Source of the DNA: Halalkalibacterium halodurans | GTDB lineage: Bacteria; Bacillota; Bacilli; Bacillales; Bacillaceae_D | NCBI RefSeq assembly: GCF_004376175.1 | Contig: NZ_SNUY01000004.1 | Coordinates: 65,264 to 97,263, forward strand | Length of the DNA: 32,000 bases | Direction of reading: 5' to 3' | Shown: positions 7,058 to 15,178 of the stretch, in pieces | How positions within the stretch are numbered: the first letter of the stretch is position 1 | Layout: the number at the start of each line of letters is the position of its first letter | The notes under the pieces: generated by a model | The model's input: the letters and a program-made list of their open reading frames with translations, nothing else | Databases searched by the model: none | Told to the model about the DNA's origin: nothing | Program-made: the position numbers and the translations under genes

Positions 7058-7729
7058 TTATACCTCCCTAATCCGAACCGACTGGCGATTGACCTCAAGT
7101 TCGGCTTCTGTGTACGTAAGCACATCTTCGATCGTATAAGGGGCAAAAACCTCTGTCAACTGAAAGCGCTCTCCTTTTCGCTGCAATACTGCCATATCGG
7201 TAATAATCATATCAACGCATTTTTTCGCTGTTAACGGATAACTACAACTTTTTACAATTTTCGGTTCTCCCTGACGATTGACATGATTCATTAAGATAAT
7301 GACCTTGTTTGCTTTTGCAGCAAGCTCCATTGCCCCACCAATTCCAGGCACCTTTCTCCCTGGTACGATCCAATTAGCCACATCCCCTTGTTCACTCACT
7401 TGCAGTGCCCCTAACATCGTTACATCCAAACGACCACCGCGAATTAACGCAAAGGCTGTCGCACTATCCACATACACGCCCCCTATTTTTAACGTAACAG
7501 GGAAGCCCCCAGCATTGCATAAATGCGGCTCCTCTTCTCCCTTTTTCGGACTTTTCCCCATGCCAATAATTCCATTTTCAGCATGGAACCAAATGTTCTT
7601 TCCTTCGGCAACATAATCGACAACAAGGGACGGAATGCCGATCCCTAAATTCACGATCATGTGATCGGTTAACTCTTCCACTGCACGCTTCACCATTTTT
7701 TCCTTTTCCCAATTTATTCCCACATCCAC
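7058..7729 (-). CDS. yodR: 3-oxoacid CoA-transferase, subunit B
   Basis: KMVKRAVEEL...NLGIGIPSL and the HAENGIIGMG (SENG-type catalytic Glu) motifs match ScoB/AtoA-like proteins. Confidence 0.88.
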   Translation of the reverse strand: MDVGINWEKEKMVKRAVEELTDHMIVNLGIGIPSLVVDYVAEGKNIWFHAENGIIGMGKSPKKGEEEPHLCNAGGFPVTLKIGGVYVDSATAFALIRGGRLDVTMLGALQVSEQGDVANWIVPGRKVPGIGGAMELAAKANKVIILMNHVNRQGEPKIVKSCSYPLTAKKCVDMIITDMAVLQRKGERFQLTEVFAPYTIEDVLTYTEAELEVNRQSVRIREV

Positions 7730-8391
7730 TTCCAGTCCACCCCCTCACTCTCGACCAATCCATCGACAAAGGCCCCAGCTGTAACGACCTCTTCTGGATC
7801 GAGTTGGCCGAGCGGAACGAGTTCCTCTACCTCAGCGATCGTATACCGACCTGCCATTGCTATGAGTGGATTGGTGTTCCGCGCGCTCTGATCATAGACA
7901 AGGTTTCCAAACGGATCGGCTTTTTTCGCATAGATGAGACTTAGATCAGCACGTACTGGCTTTTCCAACAGGTAAGAGGTGCCGTCCACAACTACTCTCT
8001 CCTTCCCTTCTGCTACAATCGTATCCATCCCTACATCTATAAGGATTCCGCCTAATCCGACACCTCCAGCCCGAATTCGCTCCATTAACGTTCCTTGAGG
8101 CGAAAACTCAACTTCAAGCTTTCCTGCCTGCATCAGTTCACCAGCGATTGGATTGGACCCGATATGGGATGTAATTAAACGCTCAGCTTGCTGAGAACAG
8201 ACGACCGGGCCGATGCCAATCGTCGGAAAGCCTGCGTCGTTTCCGATTAGTGTAAGATTTTTCGTCTTAGATTCTTTTAACCATTTGACGAGCGTCGGTG
8301 GGGTGCCGATCCCGCCAAACCCTCCGTACATGATAGACATCCCGTCCTTAAACCGTTCCAATACGTCATGTTTGCTCATTTGTTTGCTCAT
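7714..8391 (-). CDS. yodS: 3-oxoacid CoA-transferase, subunit A
   Basis: MYGGFGGIGTPPTL motif, ScoA/AtoD-like throughout. Its ATG overlaps the yodT stop (ATGA). Confidence 0.88.
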   Translation of the reverse strand: MSKQMSKHDVLERFKDGMSIMYGGFGGIGTPPTLVKWLKESKTKNLTLIGNDAGFPTIGIGPVVCSQQAERLITSHIGSNPIAGELMQAGKLEVEFSPQGTLMERIRAGGVGLGGILIDVGMDTIVAEGKERVVVDGTSYLLEKPVRADLSLIYAKKADPFGNLVYDQSARNTNPLIAMAGRYTIAEVEELVPLGQLDPEEVVTAGAFVDGLVESEGVDWKWMWE

Positions 8392-9725
8392 GTCTCAGCC
8401 CCCAACAGCTGTTTTTCGACTCGTTCAAGTGTCCTTGCTAATTTTCCTAACAATTCACATCGTTCCTCTTTCGTCAACGTGAAAGGTGGAGCAATTAAAC
8501 AACCAGCTCCTTCCCCCTTTAATCCGGCAGCTGATGGATATAGCAAAAGGCCTTGCCGTTGAGCCTCGTTTACGACAACAGCCGCCACTTGAGCCTCTTT
8601 CGGAAAAGGTGCTTTTGTCGCTTTATTTTTCACAAACTCAAGCCCGATGAGCAGCCCCTTCCCTCTCACATCCCCTACGATCGCCGAGGCCGCTTGAATC
8701 TCCTGAAGGTCCTCTATCAGCTTTTCACCAATTGTAGCTGCGCGTTTTACGAGATCGTGTTTTTTTACGTAGTGGAGTACGGCTAACCCAGTAGCACAGG
8801 ATAAAGGATTGGCGCTAAACGTGTGACCGCTCATAATAAGGTTCGACCCTGCTTGAATTGGCTCAAGCACATGGTCGGCGACAACGGTTGCAGCGAGTGG
8901 GGCGTACCCTGCGGACAACCCTTTGCCTAAAGTGACAATGTCAGGCGTCACATCCCAATGTTCAATCGCCAGTTCCTTCCCTGTCCGTCCCATTCCCGTC
9001 ATCACTTCATCGCAAATGAATAAAATGTCGTGCTGATTGAGCACTTGTTTTAGCGCTTCATAGTATCCTTTCTCCGGTACTAATGCCGTTCCCGCAGCGC
9101 CAACAATCGGTTCGGCGATAAAAGCTGCGATCCTGTGAGGTCCGATCTGCTCGATCAGGTGATCAAGCTCTTCCGCATAGTCAACACCAGACATTTCTCT
9201 CACTTGTCTGTACGGATACGGGGGAGATAAAAATGGGGGCCGGTCTAGCATTCCTTCAAATCGTTGTCTCCGTTCATAATGGCCTGACAATGAAAGCGCT
9301 CCTTGAGTAATTCCGTGATAGCTCATCCATCTAGAGAGAATGAACGTTTTCTCAGGATATCCGCGCTCTTGCCAATATTGAATCGAGATTTTAATCGCTG
9401 TTTCGGTTGCTTCTGAGCCACTGTTCACAAAAAAGCTATGATTCAATTGACCTGGCAGTTGTTTCGCTAATTTCGTAGCGAGCCTCTCTGCCGGTTCATT
9501 CGTAAACTGAGAGCGATAGACGAACGACACTTTCCGAGCCTGTTCGTACATCGCCTGGACAACTTCATCCACCCCATGGCCGATCGATGCGGTGACAGCT
9601 CCGGAGCAAGCGTCAAGATAGCGCTTTCCATCCATATCATAAAGCGCTGCTCCTTTCCCGTAGGAAGCACACGGATAGTTTCTGTCAAGCAGTGGTTTTA
9701 TTAAATAGCATTCATCCTTCGCCAT
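8388..9725 (-). CDS. yodT: class III (omega) PLP aminotransferase
   Basis: DEVMTGMGRTGK and SGSEATE motifs. The track ORF is trimmed to the ATG at 9725, preceded by the SD AAAGGGGGGAA. Confidence 0.88.
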   Translation of the reverse strand: MAKDECYLIKPLLDRNYPCASYGKGAALYDMDGKRYLDACSGAVTASIGHGVDEVVQAMYEQARKVSFVYRSQFTNEPAERLATKLAKQLPGQLNHSFFVNSGSEATETAIKISIQYWQERGYPEKTFILSRWMSYHGITQGALSLSGHYERRQRFEGMLDRPPFLSPPYPYRQVREMSGVDYAEELDHLIEQIGPHRIAAFIAEPIVGAAGTALVPEKGYYEALKQVLNQHDILFICDEVMTGMGRTGKELAIEHWDVTPDIVTLGKGLSAGYAPLAATVVADHVLEPIQAGSNLIMSGHTFSANPLSCATGLAVLHYVKKHDLVKRAATIGEKLIEDLQEIQAASAIVGDVRGKGLLIGLEFVKNKATKAPFPKEAQVAAVVVNEAQRQGLLLYPSAAGLKGEGAGCLIAPPFTLTKEERCELLGKLARTLERVEKQLLGAET

Positions 9726-9901
9726 CGCGTTCCCCCCTTTCACCTATTCTCATTCTATTCGACGAAAAGAAGCGTCATGCTAGGAAGGAGGAGGCATCGA
9801 TTAAGAACGAACGCATTGACATCGCATCCACTCTTAATGGCAAAAGCAACCGTTTTCCTTCTCCTTGGTCCTTTATAAGAAATGAAGCCTTCTTAAAGCG
9901 C

Positions 9902-9930
9902 AAAAAAACCCGGCAGATGCCGAGTTTTTA
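9902..9930 (-). terminator. rho-independent terminator after the Cys-rich small ORF (structurally bidirectional)
   Basis: Minus strand: CTCGGC-atct-GCCGGG followed by TTTTTTT, beginning 3 nt after the stop at 9933. Confidence 0.7.
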
Positions 9931-9932
9931 CG

Positions 9933-10169
9933 TCATTTATATGCTTTGCCTTTCGTTAAATGGCACGGGACGCCATAGCCAATCGCTCCAGGCTTTCGCA
10001 TTTTTTCCATATAAGAAATTCCGATGGTACACTGCGTTCTACATCGTTCACACACATCAGATGTTACCACCTTCATGTTATATTTCGTTTTCTCCTCTTT
10101 TGATAGCTGTACGAAGTTTCCTTTTTTGTTTGATCCTTTTTTCAAGGCTGCCCCATCCCCTCCATTCAA
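9933..10169 (-). CDS. small basic Cys-rich protein (CxxCxxxC...C), hypothetical; start uncertain
   Basis: The ORF ends 3 nt before a clean terminator. It lies 41 nt downstream of cheV with no intervening terminator. None of the candidate starts (ATG 10169, in-frame TTG, internal ATG MKVV) has well-spaced SD. Confidence 0.45.
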   Translation of the reverse strand: MNGGDGAALKKGSNKKGNFVQLSKEEKTKYNMKVVTSDVCERCRTQCTIGISYMEKMRKPGAIGYGVPCHLTKGKAYK

Positions 10170-10210
10170 GATAGGATAGTGTATGTGAATGAGGGGTGGT
10201 GGGTGAGTGT

Positions 10211-11128
10211 TTATCCTTTTTGCAGCAAGGAATCGAGCATCTCGACAAGCTGTACGATTTCCGGTTTTCCGATTTGGGCATCCGCCCCGACACGCTCCCC
10301 TTTATGATAAAGGTCTTCTGTAATAAGGGAAGAAAAGATCACGACAGGAAGGTTGGATAAAACCGAATCCGTTTTTACACGCTTCGTTAAGTGATGTCCA
10401 TCCATTTGCGGCATTTCAATATCTGAGATCAATAAATCGACGAAGTTTGTTGCTGCTTGTCCGTGTTGCTCCACTAATGTGTGTAAAGCTTCCCATGCGC
10501 CTTTTCCATTTTCGAAGAAATGGAGATTAACATAGCCCGCTTCGTTTAAAGTATCCTTTAATAGGTTGCGCAATACAGCTGAATCTTCGGCAATGTAAAT
10601 CTTTTTCTCTGAACGCTCCCGCACGCCGAGCGCGCGAACCTTTTCAATGCTAAGCCCTGCCTCTGGATTGATGTCTACCACAATTTTTTCAAAATCTAAT
10701 AAGAGCGCCATCTGACTTTCAAGCTTGACGATTCCGATTGTATGCGCGTGCCCGCTATGGAAAAGCTGGCTCGGCTTTTCAATTTGCTCCCAAGAAATTC
10801 GATGAATCCGCGATACTTCGTGGACATGAAACGCTACTTTTAACCGATTGAATTCGGCAATAATCAACTTATCTTGTTGCGGATTCGAAGATGGCGGCAA
10901 GTTCAACACTTGGGCTAAATTAATAACAGGGATGACTTCCTGTCTTAACCGAATAACACCTTCAATATGAGGATGACTGTTTGGCGTTTCGGTCATTGGC
11001 AATGGGTTGATTATTTCCCTGACCTTTAACACATTGATGCCAAACAAACCACCTGCAATCGAAAACATAATGATTTCTAATTCATTCGTCCCACTCTCTA
11101 GTAAAATGTTAGATGTATGATCGCTCAT
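10211..11128 (-). CDS. cheV: chemotaxis coupling protein CheV (CheW-like domain plus receiver domain)
   Basis: LESGTNELEI...FGINVLKVREI is a CheW-like N-terminus. The C-terminal receiver has ISDIEMPQMDG and GKPE. It is collinear with B. subtilis CheV. Confidence 0.9.
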   Translation of the reverse strand: MSDHTSNILLESGTNELEIIMFSIAGGLFGINVLKVREIINPLPMTETPNSHPHIEGVIRLRQEVIPVINLAQVLNLPPSSNPQQDKLIIAEFNRLKVAFHVHEVSRIHRISWEQIEKPSQLFHSGHAHTIGIVKLESQMALLLDFEKIVVDINPEAGLSIEKVRALGVRERSEKKIYIAEDSAVLRNLLKDTLNEAGYVNLHFFENGKGAWEALHTLVEQHGQAATNFVDLLISDIEMPQMDGHHLTKRVKTDSVLSNLPVVIFSSLITEDLYHKGERVGADAQIGKPEIVQLVEMLDSLLQKG

Positions 11129-11215
11129 GTACGATTCTCCATTCTTAAGACATTGTTACTATTAAGTATACTGGATAACCACTAAATTAACAACTATCAT
11201 ATCAATACTTTTATC

Positions 11216-12631
11216 CTATTTCTCTAATTTCTTTGCCTCAACTTCTTCTTCCTTAGCGAAGATCAAGGTGAACGTCGTTCCTTTTCCTTTCTCACTGTCA
11301 ACGAAAATGGTTCCACCCATTTGCTCAACTAATTGCTTTGTAATTGCTAGCCCGAGTCCTGTCCCGCCATATTTCGAGTTACGGGAGCGATCCGCACGAT
11401 AAAACCGATCCCAGATAAATGGTAATTTGTCACTATCGATCCCTTCTCCATTGTCCGAAACGGAAATGACGTTTTTCCTATCTTCAGCGTAAAGGGTAAG
11501 ATTAATGGTTCCATTCGAAGGTGTATGACGTATGGCGTTGCTTAACAAGTTTTGCATGACTTGCTCAAGACGACCTGAATCCACAAGGGAGAACAAAGGA
11601 GAATGCTCTTTATGAATGGCCAGCGTGACGTTCTTTTTCTTTCCTTCAATGGTTGAGACCCGTACCGAGCGTTCAACGACGGCTTCTAAGTCCGTTTTTG
11701 TTAAATGAAACGAAACGTTTCTCTCTTCCAGCTTCATTAACTCGAACAAGTCGCCGACTAACCGCTCCATCCTTATTGCTTCTTCATGAATGATCATTGC
11801 TTGATCCTTCCCATCTTCCGTTAAACCCTCTCGCTTTTTCAATAAAGCAGCGTACGCCTTAATGTACGTAAGAGGGGTTCTCAACTCATGGGAGATGTTT
11901 GAAATCAGCTCATTCCGTGATTCTGTTAGTTGTTTTAACCGACTCGCCATCTCATTAATGCTGCCCATGAGATCTCCGATTTCATCGCTACCGTGAACAG
12001 GAAGTCTTGTATCAAATGCGCCTTTTGCTATCTTTTTCGTCGCTTTCTGTACAGTTTTGATCGGCGCGGTTACCTTTCGAATAAGCCCATAAAGTAACGC
12101 CCCAGACAATAGCAAAGTCAAAGCTCCCATCATCGCTGTAAGCATGACGAGATTGGTCCGAGTGTGCTCAAACAACCCTGTATCATGGTCTAAGAACAAA
12201 TAACCGGCAACGTGCCCGCCTTGATGAACAGGAACGGTAGCCCATACGTGAGGGATGTGCTCTTCCATCACATGAACGAGCTCAAGCGTTACTTGGTCAT
12301 TCACGTCATTTGATTGAATCCAATCGACATATCGCTTAATCCAACGCTGATCATGCGTATTCCCAGCCATCATCGGTTCAAACTGTTCATTTAAAATCAG
12401 GAAGACATTGTCCTCCTGACGTTGCTCCATCCAAAAGACGTGCTCCTGCGTGTCGGCAGCCCAAGATTGTTCAAGGATCTCACGATGCGCCAGCAACCTT
12501 GATGTGATATCCTTTTCAAGCTGCTCATAGTAAAACTGTTTAGATAGTACATAAAATGACAAGCTCATGGCCGCGATAACGACCAATAAAAATCCACCGA
12601 CGACCACCGTAAATCTAGTCGCAACGTTCAT
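11216..12631 (-). CDS. sensor histidine kinase (2 TM, extracytoplasmic domain, HAMP, HisKA, HATPase)
   Basis: H-box SHELRTPLT, N-box LLSNAIRHT, G-boxes DNGEGI and GGTGLGLAI. Its ATG overlaps the stop of the response regulator gene. Confidence 0.9.
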   Translation of the reverse strand: MNVATRFTVVVGGFLLVVIAAMSLSFYVLSKQFYYEQLEKDITSRLLAHREILEQSWAADTQEHVFWMEQRQEDNVFLILNEQFEPMMAGNTHDQRWIKRYVDWIQSNDVNDQVTLELVHVMEEHIPHVWATVPVHQGGHVAGYLFLDHDTGLFEHTRTNLVMLTAMMGALTLLLSGALLYGLIRKVTAPIKTVQKATKKIAKGAFDTRLPVHGSDEIGDLMGSINEMASRLKQLTESRNELISNISHELRTPLTYIKAYAALLKKREGLTEDGKDQAMIIHEEAIRMERLVGDLFELMKLEERNVSFHLTKTDLEAVVERSVRVSTIEGKKKNVTLAIHKEHSPLFSLVDSGRLEQVMQNLLSNAIRHTPSNGTINLTLYAEDRKNVISVSDNGEGIDSDKLPFIWDRFYRADRSRNSKYGGTGLGLAITKQLVEQMGGTIFVDSEKGKGTTFTLIFAKEEEVEAKKLEK

Positions 12632-13323
12632 TGATTTATCCCCTCATGTTCCACATACTTATAGCCAACGCCCCATACTGTTTGGATCACGGTACTATCA
12701 GCTCCGACTTTTTCAAGCTTGTCACGGATGTTTTTAATATGGGCATCCACATTTCGATCATAGATTTCCACTTGGCGATCCCATGCCAAATCTAGAAGTT
12801 GTTCTCTTGTATATGTTCGTCCAGGGTTACTGAGTAATCTGTGCAATACCCGGTATTCGGTCTTTGTTAAACCGAGTGACTGACCAGCAAAGGAAATGTC
12901 GTGTGCTTTTTCATTAACCTTGAGCTGTTTTTCCTCACCCTTTCTTGATGCAAGCCCACCTTTACGTCTTAACACCGATAAGATCCGCGCGTTTAATTCA
13001 TCGGGCTCGAACGGTTTGACGATATAATCGTCGGCTCCTTCATTTAGTCCACGAACGATATGCTCCGTTTCCCCTAGTGCGGTTAACATAATAATGGCAA
13101 CATCCTCCTGTAAATGACGAAGCTGTGCGATGAGCGAAAAACCATCAACATCTGGAAGCATAATATCGAGCAACACAAGGTCAAATGGCTCCGCTTTCAA
13201 GCGATCCATTGCGGCTAAGCCGGATGCAGCCGTCTCTACAAGATAGCCTGCTTCTGATACGCAAACCGTAATTAACACTTGCATCTTTTTCTCATCATCA
13301 ACAACTAACACTCGCCTTTCCAT
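12628..13323 (-). CDS. OmpR-family response regulator
   Basis: Receiver motifs VVDDE, LLDIMLPDVDG and IVKPF. Winged-helix WGVGYKY. The ATG at 13323 is 6 nt from the SD AAAGGGGAG. The upstream ATG at 13329 directly abuts the SD. Confidence 0.9.
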   Translation of the reverse strand: MERRVLVVDDEKKMQVLITVCVSEAGYLVETAASGLAAMDRLKAEPFDLVLLDIMLPDVDGFSLIAQLRHLQEDVAIIMLTALGETEHIVRGLNEGADDYIVKPFEPDELNARILSVLRRKGGLASRKGEEKQLKVNEKAHDISFAGQSLGLTKTEYRVLHRLLSNPGRTYTREQLLDLAWDRQVEIYDRNVDAHIKNIRDKLEKVGADSTVIQTVWGVGYKYVEHEGINQ

Positions 13324-13342
13324 GTCCATCTCCCCTTTAAAT

Positions 13343-13382
13343 GAAAGAAAACATTGCTTGCCCTAGCATAAGACAAGCAATG
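13343..13382 (-). terminator. intercistronic terminator/attenuator between the lipoprotein gene and the response regulator gene
   Basis: Minus strand: CATTGCTTG-(13-nt loop)-CAAGCAATG is a perfect 9-bp stem, followed by TTTTCTTTCATTT. It ends about 10 nt before the response regulator SD. Confidence 0.55.
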
Positions 13383-13389
13383 CGTTTGA

Positions 13390-14655
13390 TCAATGGTGAT
13401 GTCCTTCATCTGATTGATGGGCAGATACAATTTCTAGCCTTTCGTCAATCACACCTTGCACTTGATAGGAAACCCGGTCCACATCACCAATGATATAGCC
13501 GTGATTGTAAGGACCTTCTGTCGGATCATCTGCAAATACCGGCTTCAACTTCGCTAAATATTCGTACACTGGCTGAGTTAACTCACCCTCATCGAGCCAA
13601 ATTAGCGGGCTGTGTTTTCCTAAATGAGCGAGTGGAGCAGCGGCAATAGCTAGCTCAGCATCGTTTGTCGATGAAAAAACGAGTCCATGTCCAGGAGATG
13701 TAATATCCCAGCCAAAGTCGGTCGCTTCATCCTTATATGATGAGAAAGCAATCGCTTGTTCGACAGGGGTATCCCCTTCAATCCGTTTGACTTCTCCGTA
13801 TGCTTCAAGTTCTGATGCCACGTTTTCTGAAATGATCGCTTCAGGTCCAAGCAAATAAATGATCGCCTCCCCACCTCGCGCTTCGAGTGCCTCTACGGTT
13901 TCTTTCGGAATCGCACCGTCTTCAACGAATAGAAGTGACTCATTCATATGGGCAATCCAATAAGCAGCAGGAATCGTAAAGCCCTTTGCATCTTCATCCA
14001 GCGAACCGACAAGCACTGCTTGCGGTACATCGCCAATCGTTTCAATAAATGATTCTTCAATCAGCTTCCCATACTCTGGAGCTGAATCTGCCGTAATTTG
14101 GGCAATCGTATAAGCGGATAATTTGTCTAACTCAGCTTGCGGCAAATCCCCAATGACCAAAATCTCTGTGCCTTGATCATTCCCGAGGGGATCGAGACGG
14201 GCAATCTCTTGAATCACCTCGTCCGAAATCGTCCCATCGTAATAAAGCATCGGTCCGTTATTCGGATGGTGAACGAGGGTCAACGAGGCAAGAGATGCTC
14301 GCCAATCTGTTACGGAAGCCAACATAACCGTATTCGGTTGATTTTGCTCATGTGTTGCTGGCCAGCCCATTTGTGAAAGTTGAATCGCAAACGAAATGGG
14401 ATCATTTTCTGCTAGCCTTGTCGTATTTTTAGTTTGTAACGTCTGGAGATGGTTGCTCGCTTCTTCCCGTAAAGCGTGTGGCGGGGTCACCGCCTCTTCC
14501 TCCAGCATACGACGATCAACCTGCTCCTCGGTTACTTCCTCCTGTTTTTCTTCCACTACGTCATGATCCTCATGGGGAGAATCTGAACTTGGACTACAAG
14601 CAGCGATGATCGCAAGGAGTAGCATGCCCGCCACCATCGGTTTCCAACTTCTCAT
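13390..14655 (-). CDS. lipoprotein with three cell-wall-binding-repeat-2-like modules and His/acidic termini
   Basis: Signal peptide with lipobox LAIIAAC. There are three ~100-aa internal repeats of the CWB2 pattern (for example TVMLASVTDWRASLASL...GPMLYY, and AVLVGSLDED...ESLLFV). The mature N-terminus is PHEDHD and the C-terminus is HQSDEGHHH. Confidence 0.6.
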   Translation of the reverse strand: MRSWKPMVAGMLLLAIIAACSPSSDSPHEDHDVVEEKQEEVTEEQVDRRMLEEEAVTPPHALREEASNHLQTLQTKNTTRLAENDPISFAIQLSQMGWPATHEQNQPNTVMLASVTDWRASLASLTLVHHPNNGPMLYYDGTISDEVIQEIARLDPLGNDQGTEILVIGDLPQAELDKLSAYTIAQITADSAPEYGKLIEESFIETIGDVPQAVLVGSLDEDAKGFTIPAAYWIAHMNESLLFVEDGAIPKETVEALEARGGEAIIYLLGPEAIISENVASELEAYGEVKRIEGDTPVEQAIAFSSYKDEATDFGWDITSPGHGLVFSSTNDAELAIAAAPLAHLGKHSPLIWLDEGELTQPVYEYLAKLKPVFADDPTEGPYNHGYIIGDVDRVSYQVQGVIDERLEIVSAHQSDEGHHH

Positions 14656-14731
14656 ATGTACGCCTCCTTTCTTCTTTAAGCTAACGGAAAAATTTAAAGA
14701 AAATATGAAGAAACGTACGTACCTTAATTTT

Positions 14732-14998
14732 TTAACGATCGTACCATTCCTTTACTTTTTCAAGATCCTCGATTAACTGCTTCAATTCCTCTTCATTAAG
14801 TTTAATTGGCATTTGATCATACAATGTAAGAATTTGTCCACCCGTCTCAAACTGATGTGCTGTTAAATAGTGGTACAAAGAAAGAAGTTGCCCTTCTTTG
14901 AGCGTTGACTCTGCTTGAAAGTGCTTAATTTTTTGTAAGGTAAATTCGTTGCGGTTTTGATCAAATTCACCGGAAAGGATATTTCCTTCAAGCTTCAT
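14732..14998 (-). CDS. hypothetical 88-aa cytoplasmic protein
   Basis: Good SD AAAGGGGTGA 6 nt before the ATG. There is no terminator before the lipoprotein gene 76 nt downstream. I recognised no family. Confidence 0.6.
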   Translation of the reverse strand: MKLEGNILSGEFDQNRNEFTLQKIKHFQAESTLKEGQLLSLYHYLTAHQFETGGQILTLYDQMPIKLNEEELKQLIEDLEKVKEWYDR

Positions 14999-15178
14999 GT
15001 ATTATCACCCCTTTATGTTCCGTCTTGCTAATAGGGTGTCAACATTTTCTTTTCTTATCATGACCAACAGGGTTATGTTTACAATTCGCTAAAATATTTC
15101 CCATTTTTCTCTGTTTTATATGCTAAATTTTAGGAGGAGAAAAGTTAAAAATTTCAGAATGATTGGAGATAACGGTTC

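Noticed and set aside
9692-10174. 160-aa plus-strand ORF
   Set aside because: It begins antisense to the yodT 5' end and crosses a bidirectional terminator. It is antisense to the Cys-rich ORF. It is Ser/Pro/Leu-rich and low in complexity, and it has no SD.
10078-10293. 71-aa minus-strand ORF overlapping the cheV 3' end
   Set aside because: It is an alternative frame of the cheV terminus and the downstream spacer. It has no SD and no recognisable features.
11129-11215. SigD promoter (TAAA-N15-GCCGATAT) upstream of cheV, and likewise upstream of the MCP gene (22707-22900)
   Set aside because: I searched both strands by eye. The only match is a poor partial one (TCCAGTAT) with wrong spacing, so there is no supportable call.
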